64,000 bases of DNA from Felis catus (taxonomy: Eukaryota): positions 209,438,001 to 209,502,000 of the forward strand of contig NC_058368.1 of NCBI RefSeq assembly GCF_018350175.1, read 5' to 3'. A program made the translations under genes and the position numbers. The notes beneath the pieces are model-generated. The model was given only the letters and a program-made list of their open reading frames with translations, was not told the DNA's origin and ran no database searches. Position 1 is the stretch's first letter. Each line of letters begins with the position of its first letter. Below, piece after piece: positions 9,901 through 23,053 of the stretch.

Positions 9901-12900
9901 AAACTGAATCTTTGCTCACAGTTTTATTAGAAAAGGTTATACAGGGGCGCCTGGGTAGCTCAGTCGGTTAAGCGTCTGACTTTGGCTCAGGTCATGATCT
10001 CATGGTCCGTGAGTTCGAGCCCCGCGTCGGGATCTGCGCTAGTAGCTCAGCCTGGAGCCTGCTTCAGATTCTGTCTCCCTCTCTCTTTGCCCCTCCCCTG
10101 CTCACACTCTGTCTCTCTCTCTCTGTCTCAAAAATAAGTAAACATTAAAAAAATTTTTTTTTAAAAGGTTATACAGCATTTAGCATGGTGTATCACTAAA
10201 CCAAAGTATTCTGGCTAAGTTTAGAATCCACCAGCAAAGAAAGCTCAAACAAGCTGCCAAGAATTTATATATATGTACCTGGATTTAAAACACTGACTTC
10301 AGACTTCCTTACTTTCTCACTTCAGCACTGTTTCCAGCCAGACTCTATACTCAATAAATGTTGGATGGACTAATCATAAGCCATTATAGCTTATACAATT
10401 TTCCATTTCTCAATAATTCAAATTATTACATACAATGCTTTGTGTCTTGCTTAGCTTTTGTCTAGAAATCAAATCTTGGATCTTGCTGAGGAAATACGAG
10501 AAAAAGGAAAATGCACTTGATAACTGCTCAGAAGTCACACTGGGTAGCTCTCCAGAATTCCCACTTTCCTTTAAGCATTTTTTATACCCTGAACATTCTT
10601 GTGTGTTCAGCATCTGGACTATGGCCCTATGTAATGAAGGAGACCCTGGTGGAAACTAATGCTTTCACTTCCATAAAAATACTAAATCTAGGTAATAAGG
10701 GAGAAGAAAAAAAATCCTTGTTAGGTAAGGTTGGTTTGTAAGTTGGGAATGAATGGCCCAGCCTGTTCCTATCTATATATGTGGGATTGGGGCAGAGATC
10801 TGTGACACAAGTTGCCTAGCTGAAGGGAAAATTTCTATATAGGATTTTAAAAAACAATGATACTAATTTAAAAAGAAGTACTTAAAATGTATTCACACCC
10901 AGTAAATGTAAAAACAAGCTAATGAAAATAATGGCAGCATTAAGAATTTTAAAATGGTTTCTTGATAGTGTATTGCTAAATTATTTTTATTCCTTCCTCT
11001 CAAGATCCAAGTGAAAGGATAATAAAGGAATTTTAAAATGTATAAATCAATATGAAGAAAATGGGAGAAGAGATATTGCTGGGTGAGAGAAACAGCAATC
11101 AGTGTAAGAGGATGGAGGAAGCCATGGCATAATTTGTGCAAAAGAGGACACTGATAAACAGTGGACTTAAGACTCAGAACTGACAGGCACAAAAACGAGA
11201 GAGAGAATCATGGTCGTTAAGTCTTATGTTAAAGCTCCTCATCTCTGCAAAGAACTCCCAGTTGTTAGGTCCCAGGCCGGAGTCCGGCTTTGCATCTGAT
11301 CATCTTAGAGCAGAGCTCAGCAAATCTGGCCTACTCTCTGGTTCCAGAAATAAAGTTTTACCGAAAGGTACAATCTGCCCACCCATTTACACACTATCTA
11401 TGCTGCTTCTGTTAGTGGCAGAGCTGAATACTTGCTACATAGACTTGTATAACTTGCAAGGACTAAAATACTTATTTTCTGGCCTTTGATAGAAAAAGTT
11501 CCACCAGATGAACTGAGTCAGCCAGGCACCCTTAAAAAAATGTTTTCTTTTTTTTTTTTTTAATAAATTGGAATGCTCAATGACAGAGGAAACCCTATTC
11601 CCACATTTACATGATGTTATTTCTATTAAAGAGGATTTTTATTTCTGATTGGTGAAAGGCAAGAATTCTACATCAATTGATTCCCATGTTGTTGTTTTTA
11701 ATGTTTATTTATCTTGAGGGAGGGGGGAAGGGGCAGAGAGAGAGGGAGAGAGAATCCTGAGCAGGCTCCTCCACAGTTGGTGCAGAGCCCCATGTGGGGC
11801 TTGATCCCAAGAACTGTGAGATCATGACCTGAGCTGAAATCAATAGTCAGAAGCTTCTATTGAGCCTCCCAGGCACCCCTGTTCTTGGTGCTTTTGAGCG
11901 AGGGGCAGCAATGACTCCTTCAGCAGGCTGAGCAGATTAAATATTTACTTTGCAGAATAGCCACACAGCAAGGCCTAGGTTAGGGGCAAATGGCAGCAAG
12001 CTTGGTTGTGGTTGCAGGTCCAGACTACAATAACAATATGTTCTCTACTCCAGCTCTACTGACAAGAAAGCTGTGTGTTTTACCTCCATCTTTTGGACTC
12101 TAGCTTATAATTCTAATCAGAACTTGAAGGAGTGAGGAATGTGATTTATCAGTCTCCTCAAATCTGAACATGACGCATCATTGGCTGTGACTTGAGCTCA
12201 GGTTTCCAAATGGCAAGTGAGAAATCTCCTTTCTAATCTGATAGATATAGGGAGATATGCATTCATAAATAAGAACAAGTAATTGTATGAGAGGAACAAT
12301 CAGAGAACAAGAAGAAACTCTGAAATATAAAATGTAGCCAAATAAAAAATTTCATGGAAGAGTTAAAAGACAGACCCAAAAGACCAGCCCCATCCCCAAA
12401 ATGGGCAAAAACACCAACTGAGATCAGTCCAGAAGAGTTCCTGAATTAACAGAAACCACAGAGAAACTAAGAACCTAAGGGGCATGGCACCTGGCTGGCT
12501 CAGTCTGTAGTGTGTGTGACTCATGATCTCAGGGTTGTGGATTCAAGCCCCATGTTGGGCGTGGAGCCTCCTTAAAAAATTAAAGAAACTAACAGGGAAG
12601 AAACTATCAAGATTCTCCATAGTTAAGGACACAGATTCAATGATTAGAAGTCCATGTACTCTGCAAAATGATTTTTTTAAAGATTCCCATTAAGGAATCA
12701 AAGTGAAATTTTAAAATATGGGAAATACATAAAACATCCTAAAAGCTTCTAGAGCTGAAAAACACAGGTTGTCTACCAAGGAACAAAATCAGTATGGTAG
12801 CAGCCCTTTTAACAGCAACAGCACAGGCTAGATTTTAACTCAGAATTCTAGACCCAGCTATCACATCTGAGGTGAGAATAAAGACATTTTCAGACCTCTA

Positions 12901-13450
12901 ATGACTCAACAAGTTTGTCCTTATGTGTCCATTCTTAGAAAGCCATGGCAGTTCATGCTCAAGCAAACTGAACATTTTTAGGCAAAAAGGAGGAAGGCAT
13001 GGATTCCAGACATGGGTTCTGGATCCAACCGAAAGAGGGGTAGGAAAAGTCTGGTACAGCACCTTTGCAGCAGTCCTTGAAAATCAGTCTGTACTGGTGC
13101 GAAACGTTAGAGCAGCTCCAGGAAGGAGTTTCTGGATGGAGGAACGAGGGTGGGGGATGGGAGGGGGAGTGGGGAAGAGACTCAAACAGACCACTCTACA
13201 AGAATTACAGATTACTGGGGCACCTGGGTGGCTCAGTCGGTTAAGCTTCTGACTTCGGCTCAGGTCATGATCTCTCGGTTTGTGAGTTCCTGCTCCGCGT
13301 TGGGCCCTGTGCTGACAGCTCGGCGGAGCCTGGAGCCTGCTTCGGATTCTGTGTCTCCTTCTCTCTCTGCCCCTCCCCAACTTGTGCTCTGTCTCTCTAT
13401 GTCTCTCAAAAAATAAATAATGTAAAAAACAAAAAAAAATTAAAAAAAAA
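6995..13450. mobile_element. Intergenic Can-SINE cluster: about 6995-7209(-), 7250-7410(-), 7456-7680(+), 7699-7820(+), 8345-8532(-), 9547-9712(+), 9943-10160(+), 11695-11879(-), 12481-12580(+), 13217-13450(+)
   Basis: Each has a GGGGCGCCTGGGTGGCTCAG-type head and the gatcatgacctgag core. Several have TSDs, e.g. aaaaggttataca around 9943-10160. Confidence 0.88.
11310..11500. mobile_element. MER58-like hAT fragment
   Basis: aataaagtttta...ggcagagctgaata...ctaaaatacttattttctggccttt...agaaaaagtt. Confidence 0.65.
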
Positions 13451-13800
13451 AAGAATTACAGATTACTGTGTGGAATTTATGTGAGTGAAAAGCAATTTCA
13501 CTCAAGGGAAATGAGCATATCCACAAAAAGGAAACATTCATCTAGTACACTAAATGCCAGCTGTGATTTAGCAATTATTTACATAGTGTTATATTACATA
13601 AATGTTCATTATATTATAGCGATATCCATATTGGGAGGGCATAAGAACTAAGTTCTTATCTTTCATAAAAAAGTTAATCGTGATAACATAAAGTCTAGAC
13701 TTAATAATTCTATTACAATTAATAAATTCTAATAGTACATTTAGAAATATAGCTACCCAAAGAAAAAGCTAAAAGAGTTCAAAGTGGTTGCTTCTATGAA
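12300..13800 (+). mobile_element. Decayed ancient L1/HAL1 ORF1-region fragments, interrupted by SINEs
   Basis: A-rich strand with ORF1-like motifs catcctaaaagcttctaga, agaattctagacccagc and aataaagacattttcagac. Confidence 0.5.
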
Positions 13801-14199
13801 CAAGGGATTATTTCTTTAAATTTAATTAGAAAAATTAAACCAGTAAATAACAGAAACTGTATGTATTATCGCATTAAAAGCCTATCTTGTTAAAATTTTT
13901 ATCTTGGGATTACTTTGTATAAAAGGCAGGATTTTAAAGATTCAATCAGCAGTTACAAGCTGCGCAGAAATCCACTAAGCCTACTTTTCTCCTTTTTGGA
14001 TAATGTCACGTCTTTTGATTCCTTTCCTCACTTCAAACTGTGGTTATTCCCCCTGGGCTGTCTTTCAGATGAATCAAGTGTAAGCCATGTTGTCTTCTAT
14101 GTGGAGACCTACCCAGGAAGACTTGTCTCACTGCATCTTACTAAGGAAATTCATGTTCTCTCCTTATTACAATTTAAACAATATCCAGGCAAAACTATG

Positions 14200-16500
14200 T
14201 GACCAATTTAACCGTTTACAAATGAGGCCACTTTTCTCCTTTGACCACCACCACCCCAACTCAAGCTATCATCACCTTTCATTCATATGGACCTTTATGG
14301 CCTCCTCAATTACTGTATAGCCTGTAGCCAGTGATCTTTTAAAAATGCAAATCTGATTTCACAAATGCAAATCTCTATTCTACTCTCACCCATCTTAATT
14401 TCTTTAATGGCTTCCTATTGCTCCTCGGACATCCTTACCATGGTCTGGTCTACAGAAGCATGATTTGGCCCATCTACATCATCAGCTTCATTCTACTGTC
14501 TTGTTCTCTGCCATTTCCTGGAACCATGAAGCTTCTGAAGGCACCTTTGCATATACCGCGCCATAAGTTTGGGATTCTCCTTGCATCTCTTTCCTCCCAA
14601 CAATTTTTTTCCCCATAGAATTCAGACCTCAACCATCATGTCCCTAAGGAATGAACTGCTGAGAGCCATTAAAAATTATTTCCCATTTCTTAATGGTTCA
14701 ACCAACATTATTTGGTATCTATCTATATTACATGTCAGGCTTTATCTGAGGATTAGTTTCACTTGGAGAAGGAAGCATTTCTCATCTCCCCCAGCCTTCC
14801 AGACTACGCCAGTGCTACATACTCTCATAGATTGTTACTTTCTCTCTCAAGAACACAATTCAATTGTAACCTAATAGCTGTAAAATTGTGTACTTTGCGA
14901 TTCATTTCGTCTCTGCCACTGGAACACAAACTTACTGCCATTGGTCCAGCACAGTTCATTGCTTACAGTAAGCACTTAGCAAATACCTGTCAAGTGACTG
15001 ATTTTGCAAAAACTAAAAATAACCAGTGTCAGTACCAAGTGATATCCAAGACAAACTGTTAGTATGACAGGAAAGAAAGAAGAATCCATGTTTTAAGCTC
15101 AGGAAAGGAGTGCAGAATGTAGCTGTGGTTTCTCGCTCTCTCCAATGCCAAACGTCACCTCTTTACTTTACTAATTCATTCTTAGGGTCACATTCTTACA
15201 CCTTGTTTCCAGAACCACTCTACCTCAGCATCTCACACGTTCCTCCGACCTTTTCACCCCATTATTCCATTTCTGCTACTCTCATTACACTTGCTTTTCC
15301 GTTTGATGGAGGCCTTTAAACCTTAATCCTTCCTTTTTCTCTCAGCCTAGCTCAATTACACCCAAGGTTTCCCAGTCCTGGCCCAGAGGCAGATCACCTT
15401 CCTTGCTGTGCAGCTGGCCCCACTAGAGAAAAATAACACAATTATGCATTTTGGCATCATCATGGCTCCCCACAATGCAGCCAGCAAGTGATCTTTCTGA
15501 ACCACAACTCTGAGTATATTATACCGAGTGAAAGCCCTTCCAAACTTTTGAATGTGGCTTTTCAGGCCCTTTTATCTGCTTTTCTCTCCAGCTTCACTAC
15601 TCAGCATGTCAGTACTCTGTTGTCTCTCTTCCTGCCTGGCCACTCTTCCTGACAAGATTCTCATTCATTTCTCAACTATAGTGTTTGATTTTGTTCTCAT
15701 TCTTTCTGAAACTACTCTCCCTAAAGGTTTCCATTTACATCCTGAATGGCAGGATCAATACTTTCTCCACTTTGACTTTACTGCATTTCACATGTTGCTC
15801 TCTGCTTCGTCCTTGAAACCCTCTAACCCCTGGTTTCTGGATTCTTCCCATCTTCCTCTAATCATTTCTCATCTCCTCCACAAATTCATTGTCCTCCTGC
15901 TGTACCTTAAATGTTGGTAGTCTCCAAGGTCCTTCCTTTGGCTCTGTGCTGCTCACTGAACAGCTTACATGCTGATGAGTTCCCAAAGCAGGCTCAGTCC
16001 AAAGTTCCCTACTGAAGGTGTCATGTTTCCACCTTTTGGACATCATCCAAAAAGCCCTCAGATACTAGCTTCCAGCTTGTTTAAACCTAGTTATGGAAAG
16101 TAGAAAGACCTGATAGCTATTCTCGACACCGCTGTCTTCCTTTACCTCATTCAGTCAACTGTCAAGTCCTGCCATTTTTATCTCCTACATACATCTACAA
16201 TCTCTCCAATCTTCTCTTTATCCCTACTGCAATCATCATCCTAGTTCAGGCTCTCACCATCTCTGAGACTGTCGCGTCAATGTCCTCTTCTTGACCCCTT
16301 CAAATCTACCCTCTACGTAGCAGCCAAAGTGAGCTTTCACTAATTCCTTGCTTACAATTCTTCCAGTGCCTATGCATTAAAATTTAAGTTCTGGGCAGTG
16401 TATGCTTAGCTGTCCTTACTTTCCGTAGCTTCATCTTTTGAAACCCTACTACTCACATGCTGGTTCCTCCGCACAGTACTATCTACACTTTCAGAATTCT
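14200..16500 (+). mobile_element. Decayed L2 fragments
   Basis: Pyrimidine-rich L2 motifs: gccagtgatcttttaaaaatgcaaatctgat, caagtcctgccattttta and cagccaaagtgagcttt. Confidence 0.65.
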
Positions 16501-16617
16501 GTGGCCCATATCTCCCCCACAACCAAACATTCGAATCCAAATATGCACAAAAGATACAGATTTTTTAAAAGTAATCTCTATGCCCAGTGTGAAGCTCAGA
16601 CTCAAAACCCTGAGATC

Positions 16618-16995
16618 CTGAGAAACTTAACAGGAACCCATGGGGGAGGGGAAGGAAAAAAAAAAAAAAAGGTTAGAGTGGGAGAGAGCCGAAGCATAAG
16701 AGACTCTTAAAAACCGAGAACTGAGGGTTGATGGGGGGTGGGAGGGAGGAGAGGGTGGGTGATGGGTATTGAGGAGGGCACCTTTTGGGATGAGCACTGG
16801 GTATTGTATGGAAACCAATTTGACAATAAACCATATATTGAAAAAAAAAAAAACTGAGAACTGAGGGCTGATGGGGGGTGGGAGGCAGGGGAGGGTGGGT
16901 GATGGGTATTGAGGAGGGCATCTTCTGGGATGAGCACTGGGTGTTGTATGGAAACCAATTTGACAATAAATTTAACATATTTAAAAAAACAAAAA
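16618..16995 (+). mobile_element. Felid L1 3' end with its terminal ~140 bp present twice, inserted in an older Can-SINE
   Basis: Two tandem units gagaactgagg...gatgagcactgg...tttgacaataaa, each followed by an A tail. TSD-like aacc(c/t)tgagatc splits a minus-strand SINE. Confidence 0.85.
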
Positions 16996-17620
16996 ACAAC
17001 CTTGAGATCAAGAGTTGCATGCTCTGAGCCAGCCAAATACTCCAATTATGGATTTCTTTAAGCTCCCACATAACATGCTAAGTGGTTGTATTTACCAAAC
17101 TTCATCACACTTATCTCAGAATCACATGGCTTCAGGCTGTGTTCTGAATTCAAAGTTAATACTCTTTTCACCACTCCAAGTTTTAGTCTTCTACTAAAGA
17201 TTAGCCACGTTCAATAATTTTTGTGTTTTGATCTTACTGCATTTCACATGTTGCTCTCTACTTCCTCCTTGAAACTCTCTAATCCCTCCCTGGTTTCTGG
17301 ATTCTTCCCATCTTCAAGATTAGCCAGGTAATATGGAAAAAAATTAAAATAAAAATGGGATCCATAAAATGTTCACATTTTACCTTCTCTCTTTATCTAA
17401 CAGGATAGTAGGCATCTCAAAATCTGAAGCTATAAAGTGGATCTTTTGAAAAGGTATAAAAAAAAAATCCACAACATTTAGTCATTAGTTTCTCTACATT
17501 CATATCTTATGACTGAATAAGGACTTTCCAGATGAATCTTCTTTGTAAGAGCAACTGATCTGGGAGGTAAGAAAGAGCCTGGAGGGTTGCTCTTGGCTCT
17601 TGGTACTAAGTAGGTATATG

Positions 17621-17897
17621 CAGGTAACCCTTGAATGATGTAGGGTTTAGGGACACCGAGACCTCCCGCATAGTCATGTGTAACTTTTGACTCAAAACTT
17701 GGCTACTAATAGCCTACTGTTGACTAGAAACCTTACTGATAACACTGTTAATAAACACATTATATGTATTATATGCTGTATTCTTACAGTTAAGCTAGCA
17801 AAAAAAAAATTAAGAAAATCACAAGGAAAGTAAGTTACAGTATTTGCATATAAGTGGAACTGCACAGTTCAAACTCATGTTGTTCAAGGGTCAACTG
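17621..17897. mobile_element. Tigger2-like non-autonomous element
   Basis: TIRs caggtaacccttgaa / ttcaagggtcaactg followed by TA. Same family as 62614-62920. Confidence 0.8.
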
Positions 17898-20800
17898 TAG
17901 CTTGTAGATATCAATTCACCTATTTGAGCCTCAATTTCTCTTCACCTGTAGTTAATGGATTTCCAAAGCAGTTTATACATGTCACTGGTGGGAGTGACCA
18001 GGAATCCCCTGAAATTATATGCACAATTCTGTTCAGTCTTCTAAGAAGGGTTTGTTTAGTTTCCTAAGTAGAGATTTCATGGCTTTCATTAGATACTTAA
18101 AGAGGTTCATGAATATCTGGATTAAATGAGTTGTCAGATCCCTCATATTTTAAGACTCTATAGAAATTTTTTAAAACTATGGAATGTGGAGATCCATTAT
18201 CAGTTTAGGTTTTATGACAAACTTAGATTATGATTACATTTTCCTGTTCTTTGTTCTAAATTACAATTCTACGCAAGTTATGATCACGGCAAACTTAACA
18301 CTGCCATTTCTTGTGGGGAAAAAAGGGTGCAGACAGTACAACTATATGACAAAGTAACACAAAATAACTTTTCATTTCTAAGGTTCTAATGACTGAAAAA
18401 AAAAGTCACAAATAGAAGCAAAATTACATTCAACAAAACTGCAATGCCTACAAACTATATAATAAAAAATAACCACGACCAATTGTCCACTTATTTCAAA
18501 CAGTAGGTAACAAAATTCTGACTAACGGAGGAACTTTAATCACAGGGCAACTTCTGTTATCTGTTTAAACTTGTGTTTCCTTACTTTAGTTCTTCATCTC
18601 TAATTGCCTGTTTGGCATTTGCCAACTAAAATTCAAAGGATTAAACAAACGTTTATCACCATCTTTCTGAAAACTAGACCTACCTCCTTACTTCATTATC
18701 TCTGTAATGGCACCACTATTCTGGTTACACAGGCTTAAGAATCAATACACAGGAGTTTGGGAGAGAGACAATGTCTCTCAAACCCAAAATAAATTCAGTT
18801 ACGAAAGAGGATTACAAAGCGGAAAATAACTGTTCTTCCTCTATTTAGAACCAACTATTTCTTAAGAACCCAAGGACAAGATTCAGTTTCTTCATTAAAA
18901 AATTTGTAAAGAATAAAAGATGAAGACATCTATAGATTAGGACCTAAAACTAAAAAAGACATTTTGAGGACATTGAAAATTTGAAGTTACTGGATATTTG
19001 ATGTCAAGGAGTATTAATATTTAAAGATGATATGTTTATAGACGAAATAATGTATCTGGGGTTTCAGAAAAATATAGAGGAGGATACAGAGGGTGTAGCT
19101 GAAATAAGCTTGGTCAGAAATTCAGAATGATTGAAACTGAGTGATGGGTCTGTGGTGATTCTCTAACAAAAAGTTAAAGTCATTAAAAAAAAAATCCTGA
19201 TGAGAATAAAAGAATGTGTGCATTCTGCATCAGTGTGGGCAATGAAGCCATATACAAGTGGCGTCTCACAAAGAGGGGTGGGTCGGTGGTATTCACTGGA
19301 TTATCACACAAAACACACAGGGATTGTATGACCACTTGGTCAATAAACTATGCAAATGGGAACTTGTTTGGTTAGTGACCTATTACACCAAATTTACATT
19401 CAACTGTTAGGACCAACAGAACAATGAGTGGTTAGGAAAATTTTCAAATAAAAATATTACACCAAGTTGTGTAATGAATAATATGCTTCCTATGACAAAA
19501 ATTAGCTAAGGGGTTAAACCAACTTCAGTTTTAAAATGAGCAAGGTAAAACAGCAAAAGGTTCAAACAAGTAGGATTTCTGTAGAGCAAAATTTACTGTC
19601 AAGTGTCTCAAATTACATGATCATTTCAAGTGAATGATCTGATGGATTTTACATTAGCAAAAGTAACCTTATTCCAGTTTAGTATCAATAGCTTTGGAGA
19701 TGCAGACCACCTGGGTGCTGCACTAGTGACCACACTGAGCTCTTTGTGCAACCGAAAGCGGAGTATGGACGAAGAAAACCACACAGCTTCCTGGGTAAGT
19801 TCACTTTCTACATGAACATATGATAACTTTGCTCATTGCTCATGAAATCCACACTGGACAGAAAAGCTGGACTTACCTGTCTTCATGGATAGACTACAGT
19901 CGTCAATAACTCTGTGCTTCAGTTACCTGCTAATAGTTCAAATATTCAACATATCAACAAAGTAAGCTACATACTACTTTTCTTTAAAAGTTTAGAATTT
20001 CTCACTAGAGATTACTAAATTGTTTTCTGCCTTTGTATTTTGATACAAATTTTTTAAACTACCCATTCGCTGTCAAAATAGTAAACAATTTAAGAAAATA
20101 CAAAAATTTCGTAATTAATATATTAAAGTGAAGAGGTACTTGGCGCTTTTTATATCAAATAGAACACACCTTCTTTTCAATACAAATCAAAACATGATTT
20201 GGCATATTACAGTATCAACAAACTACAGATTAAGATTGAACTTTGTAAACCCTTAATATACACGGAAAGTTTGATTTTGTAGATTTGACTGTCAAGGCCT
20301 TAACCTATTTTACTGTTAAGACCTAAAAAATTCACATTTGAGAAATCTACTTTTTGAAAACTTTGGTTAGTATATTTTAAGGGTTAAGGCTTAGGAATTG
20401 TATCAACATTTGGCTTATATTAATAGCTAAAATACCGGAACTCAGAATGTATGGAAAATTCCTGAACACAGAAATTCACCTGGCAAGAGAAGCCTTATCT
20501 ACTGTGTGCCTACCCGCTAAAGCTCACTCTGAAGAGGGTCCCTAAGTATAAACACACTAAGTATCCTTTAGGAACTGGTTTACTTTCAATAAGGATCATC
20601 TCCTTTAATTGTTTAATTAGCTTAGAATAGTGAGACACAATTATTCCAACTCCAAATTTAAATCCCTACAACATTTATAAACTAATTACTGAATCTGAGA
20701 CTCAGTTTTCCTCATCTACAAAATGGGGATAAAACATTTAACTAGCAGAGTTTTTTTAAGAATCAAATAACAGCATGCACGATTGTCAAGCTTCATAGCA

Positions 20801-21099
20801 TTCAAGATCAGTTTTACTACATCTTCTTTAGAACTCTACAGGCTTGACTTTATTTTTTTATATTTTTTCTACATTAGTATTTTACTCTTATTGATGAATT
20901 TCTATTGTTTTCATTAGCTACCTCAAGTCCTTTCTGATTAAACATACTACTCCATGGGGGAAAAAAGCCAATCTAGTTTTATTCTACAGAGTTCACAGTA
21001 AAAAGGAAGAGGAAACATACAATTAAGTGGAAGAAGAGTGGGAAAACATTTCCTTCAAGAAAATGTTCGGAAAGAATTCCACATCGGAAATAGATCCTG

Positions 21100-22135
21100 A
21101 AAAGTTATTTTCATTGTGGTTTAATAAGTGTTCACAAAAAGGTATTTTGTGGCAATGTCACTTTTCCTCACAAATTGAGAATCTTCATTTATTGGCCAAT
21201 TTCATAAAACTTAACATTCTAGAGGTCAACTTTTAAAAATGAACTTAAAAATAAGTACACATTGTTTTTAAAAGACTTAAATTTGAAACACACCTTCTCC
21301 CCTGCGATTTTAGCCATTACTATTTCTGAGCATCAACTATGCAGATCAACTGATTAAATACCCACTCTCCCCATTTGTAATAACAACCGCTCTCCAAAGA
21401 GGTATAAAATATGTTTAGAATAGAAAATGAATAAACATCTCAACTAGTAAAATTACTCCTTTTTCAGCATTAAAAAATAACTTGTGAAAAATGTAATGTA
21501 AATACGAAATGTCATACTCCACTCTATTTCTAAAATAACACACAGCATAATTTTAACTAAGAGAAATGCTAGTTTCCCAAAATAGCATGACTGTTACCTT
21601 TTCCCCAGGTTTAAAAAATAAATATTACCATCATGACATCACTAGAAAGAAATTGAAGCATACAAGGAATAAACTATAGTTTCTTTTTATATCAAAATGT
21701 ACTCTTGAAAATGTGTTTGGCACAGTGCTAAATCATATATAGTTAATACTAAATATTGCAGGATACAATAAAACCCTGGAGTTAACTGTTTACACCCTCT
21801 TATGGGAATGAAAATAATAGATACCAATTATTCAGAAGTCAGCCTATACAAACTGTATAAACAATATTTTATGTTTTGCTTTGAAAACCAGTGATATAAT
21901 AAATTTTACATAAAAGACTGCAAAATAATATAAATGGATTTAAACAGATCTTTACAATAAGAAATTCAAATGGAAACAGACAAGTAACAAAGAGAAGTAA
22001 AAAAATTTATTGCAGTATTCGCTCCACCAGATTGCCTGGGGATCCCTTTTCTTGTATTGTTTTCAGGGTGACCTAATACATCAAAATCTACATTTACAAA
22101 AACTCCTTCTGCAGATAGGTCATAGATACTGCATG

Positions 22136-22173
<38 letters not shown>

Positions 22174-22621
22174 CTCAACAGAATAAATTATATATCCAGG
22201 AGAGTCTGCCATTTTACAGCCTGGAAAAAACAATGCTTCCCTGGAAACTGGGCTAAGCTAAAGAAAGCCATCCGCTGCTAGGTTAAACTCCAAGAACACT
22301 TTATTAAGAACATTAACAGACTAATTTCCAACATTCACTTGTTTATTTTTTAAACAGAAAGTTTTTTTCCAAGATATAAACAATTTTTGTTAAACTATAA
22401 TACAGTGGGAGTAAAAATGAACTGAGAATCTGTTTCTGCTGCACAACAGCGAAGGGAGCTCCCACAAAAATGTTTGCCCAACATTTCCTTCTTTTGTTCC
22501 TGCATCCCAGGTTCCATTCTTACTCTTCATAAAACTGATTTTTTTTTGCCAGAATGTTGATATTTCAAGTTTTTCTGCCTTTAAAAAAATTCCTGTAAAT
22601 TTGGCTGCATGTACAAATTCA
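21100..22621 (-). other. NIPBL: NIPBL isoform A 3' UTR with candidate poly(A) signals
   Basis: AU-rich sequence after the stop with no recognisable transposon. Minus-strand AATAAA at 22011-22006 and 21193-21188, ATTAAA at 21125-21120. The distal end is inferred. Confidence 0.6.
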
Positions 22622-22987
22622 TTAGCTGGAAGTCCCATCCTTGGCGGCATACAGGGATCGTAAAGTCTGAACAACTTTATTAGTCAGCTTATTAGCACTC
22701 GTTAGAGCAATTTTTTTGTAAATAATGTCTGACTCTTTAATAGTGTCTACCCAAGGCACCAGTTTGCGGCCGTCACGGCGCTTAGCCTCAGTCCAGGAGC
22801 CACTGTAGGAGCCTGCCATCCACTGAACACTGAAGCCATTGCTGGTTTTCTGTACTACTCTTGCAATTTGTGGTCGATCTTTGTACTTTGGACAGCAAAT
22901 AGCGATGACATCCATGACGTCAACACTTTCATTCATCTGTGCTGCCAACTCCGTAGAGTCTGAATTTCGTTTTGACCTTCTCAATGA
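22622..22987 (-). CDS. NIPBL: NIPBL terminal exon 47 coding part (isoform A)
   Basis: ttag|TCATTGAGA; encodes SLRRSKRNSDSTELAAQMNESVDVMDVIAICCPKYKDRPQ...LYAAKDGTSS* (ORF 22622..22984). Confidence 0.97.
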   Translation of the reverse strand, partial: SLRRSKRNSDSTELAAQMNESVDVMDVIAICCPKYKDRPQIARVVQKTSNGFSVQWMAGSYSGSWTEAKRRDGRKLVPWVDTIKESDIIYKKIALTSANKLTNKVVQTLRSLYAAKDGTSS

Positions 22988-23053
22988 CTAAAACATTGGG
23001 GGGGGGAAAAAAGACGAAGTGTTACACAAAAGAATTTTAGTGAAATTTTTGTT

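Noticed and set aside
19877..19926. 50-nt minus-strand segment between AG|GTAACT and CAG|GTAAGT as an extra NIPBL exon
   Set aside because: There is no real polypyrimidine tract, it lies beyond the candidate poly(A) signals, and it has no coding support.
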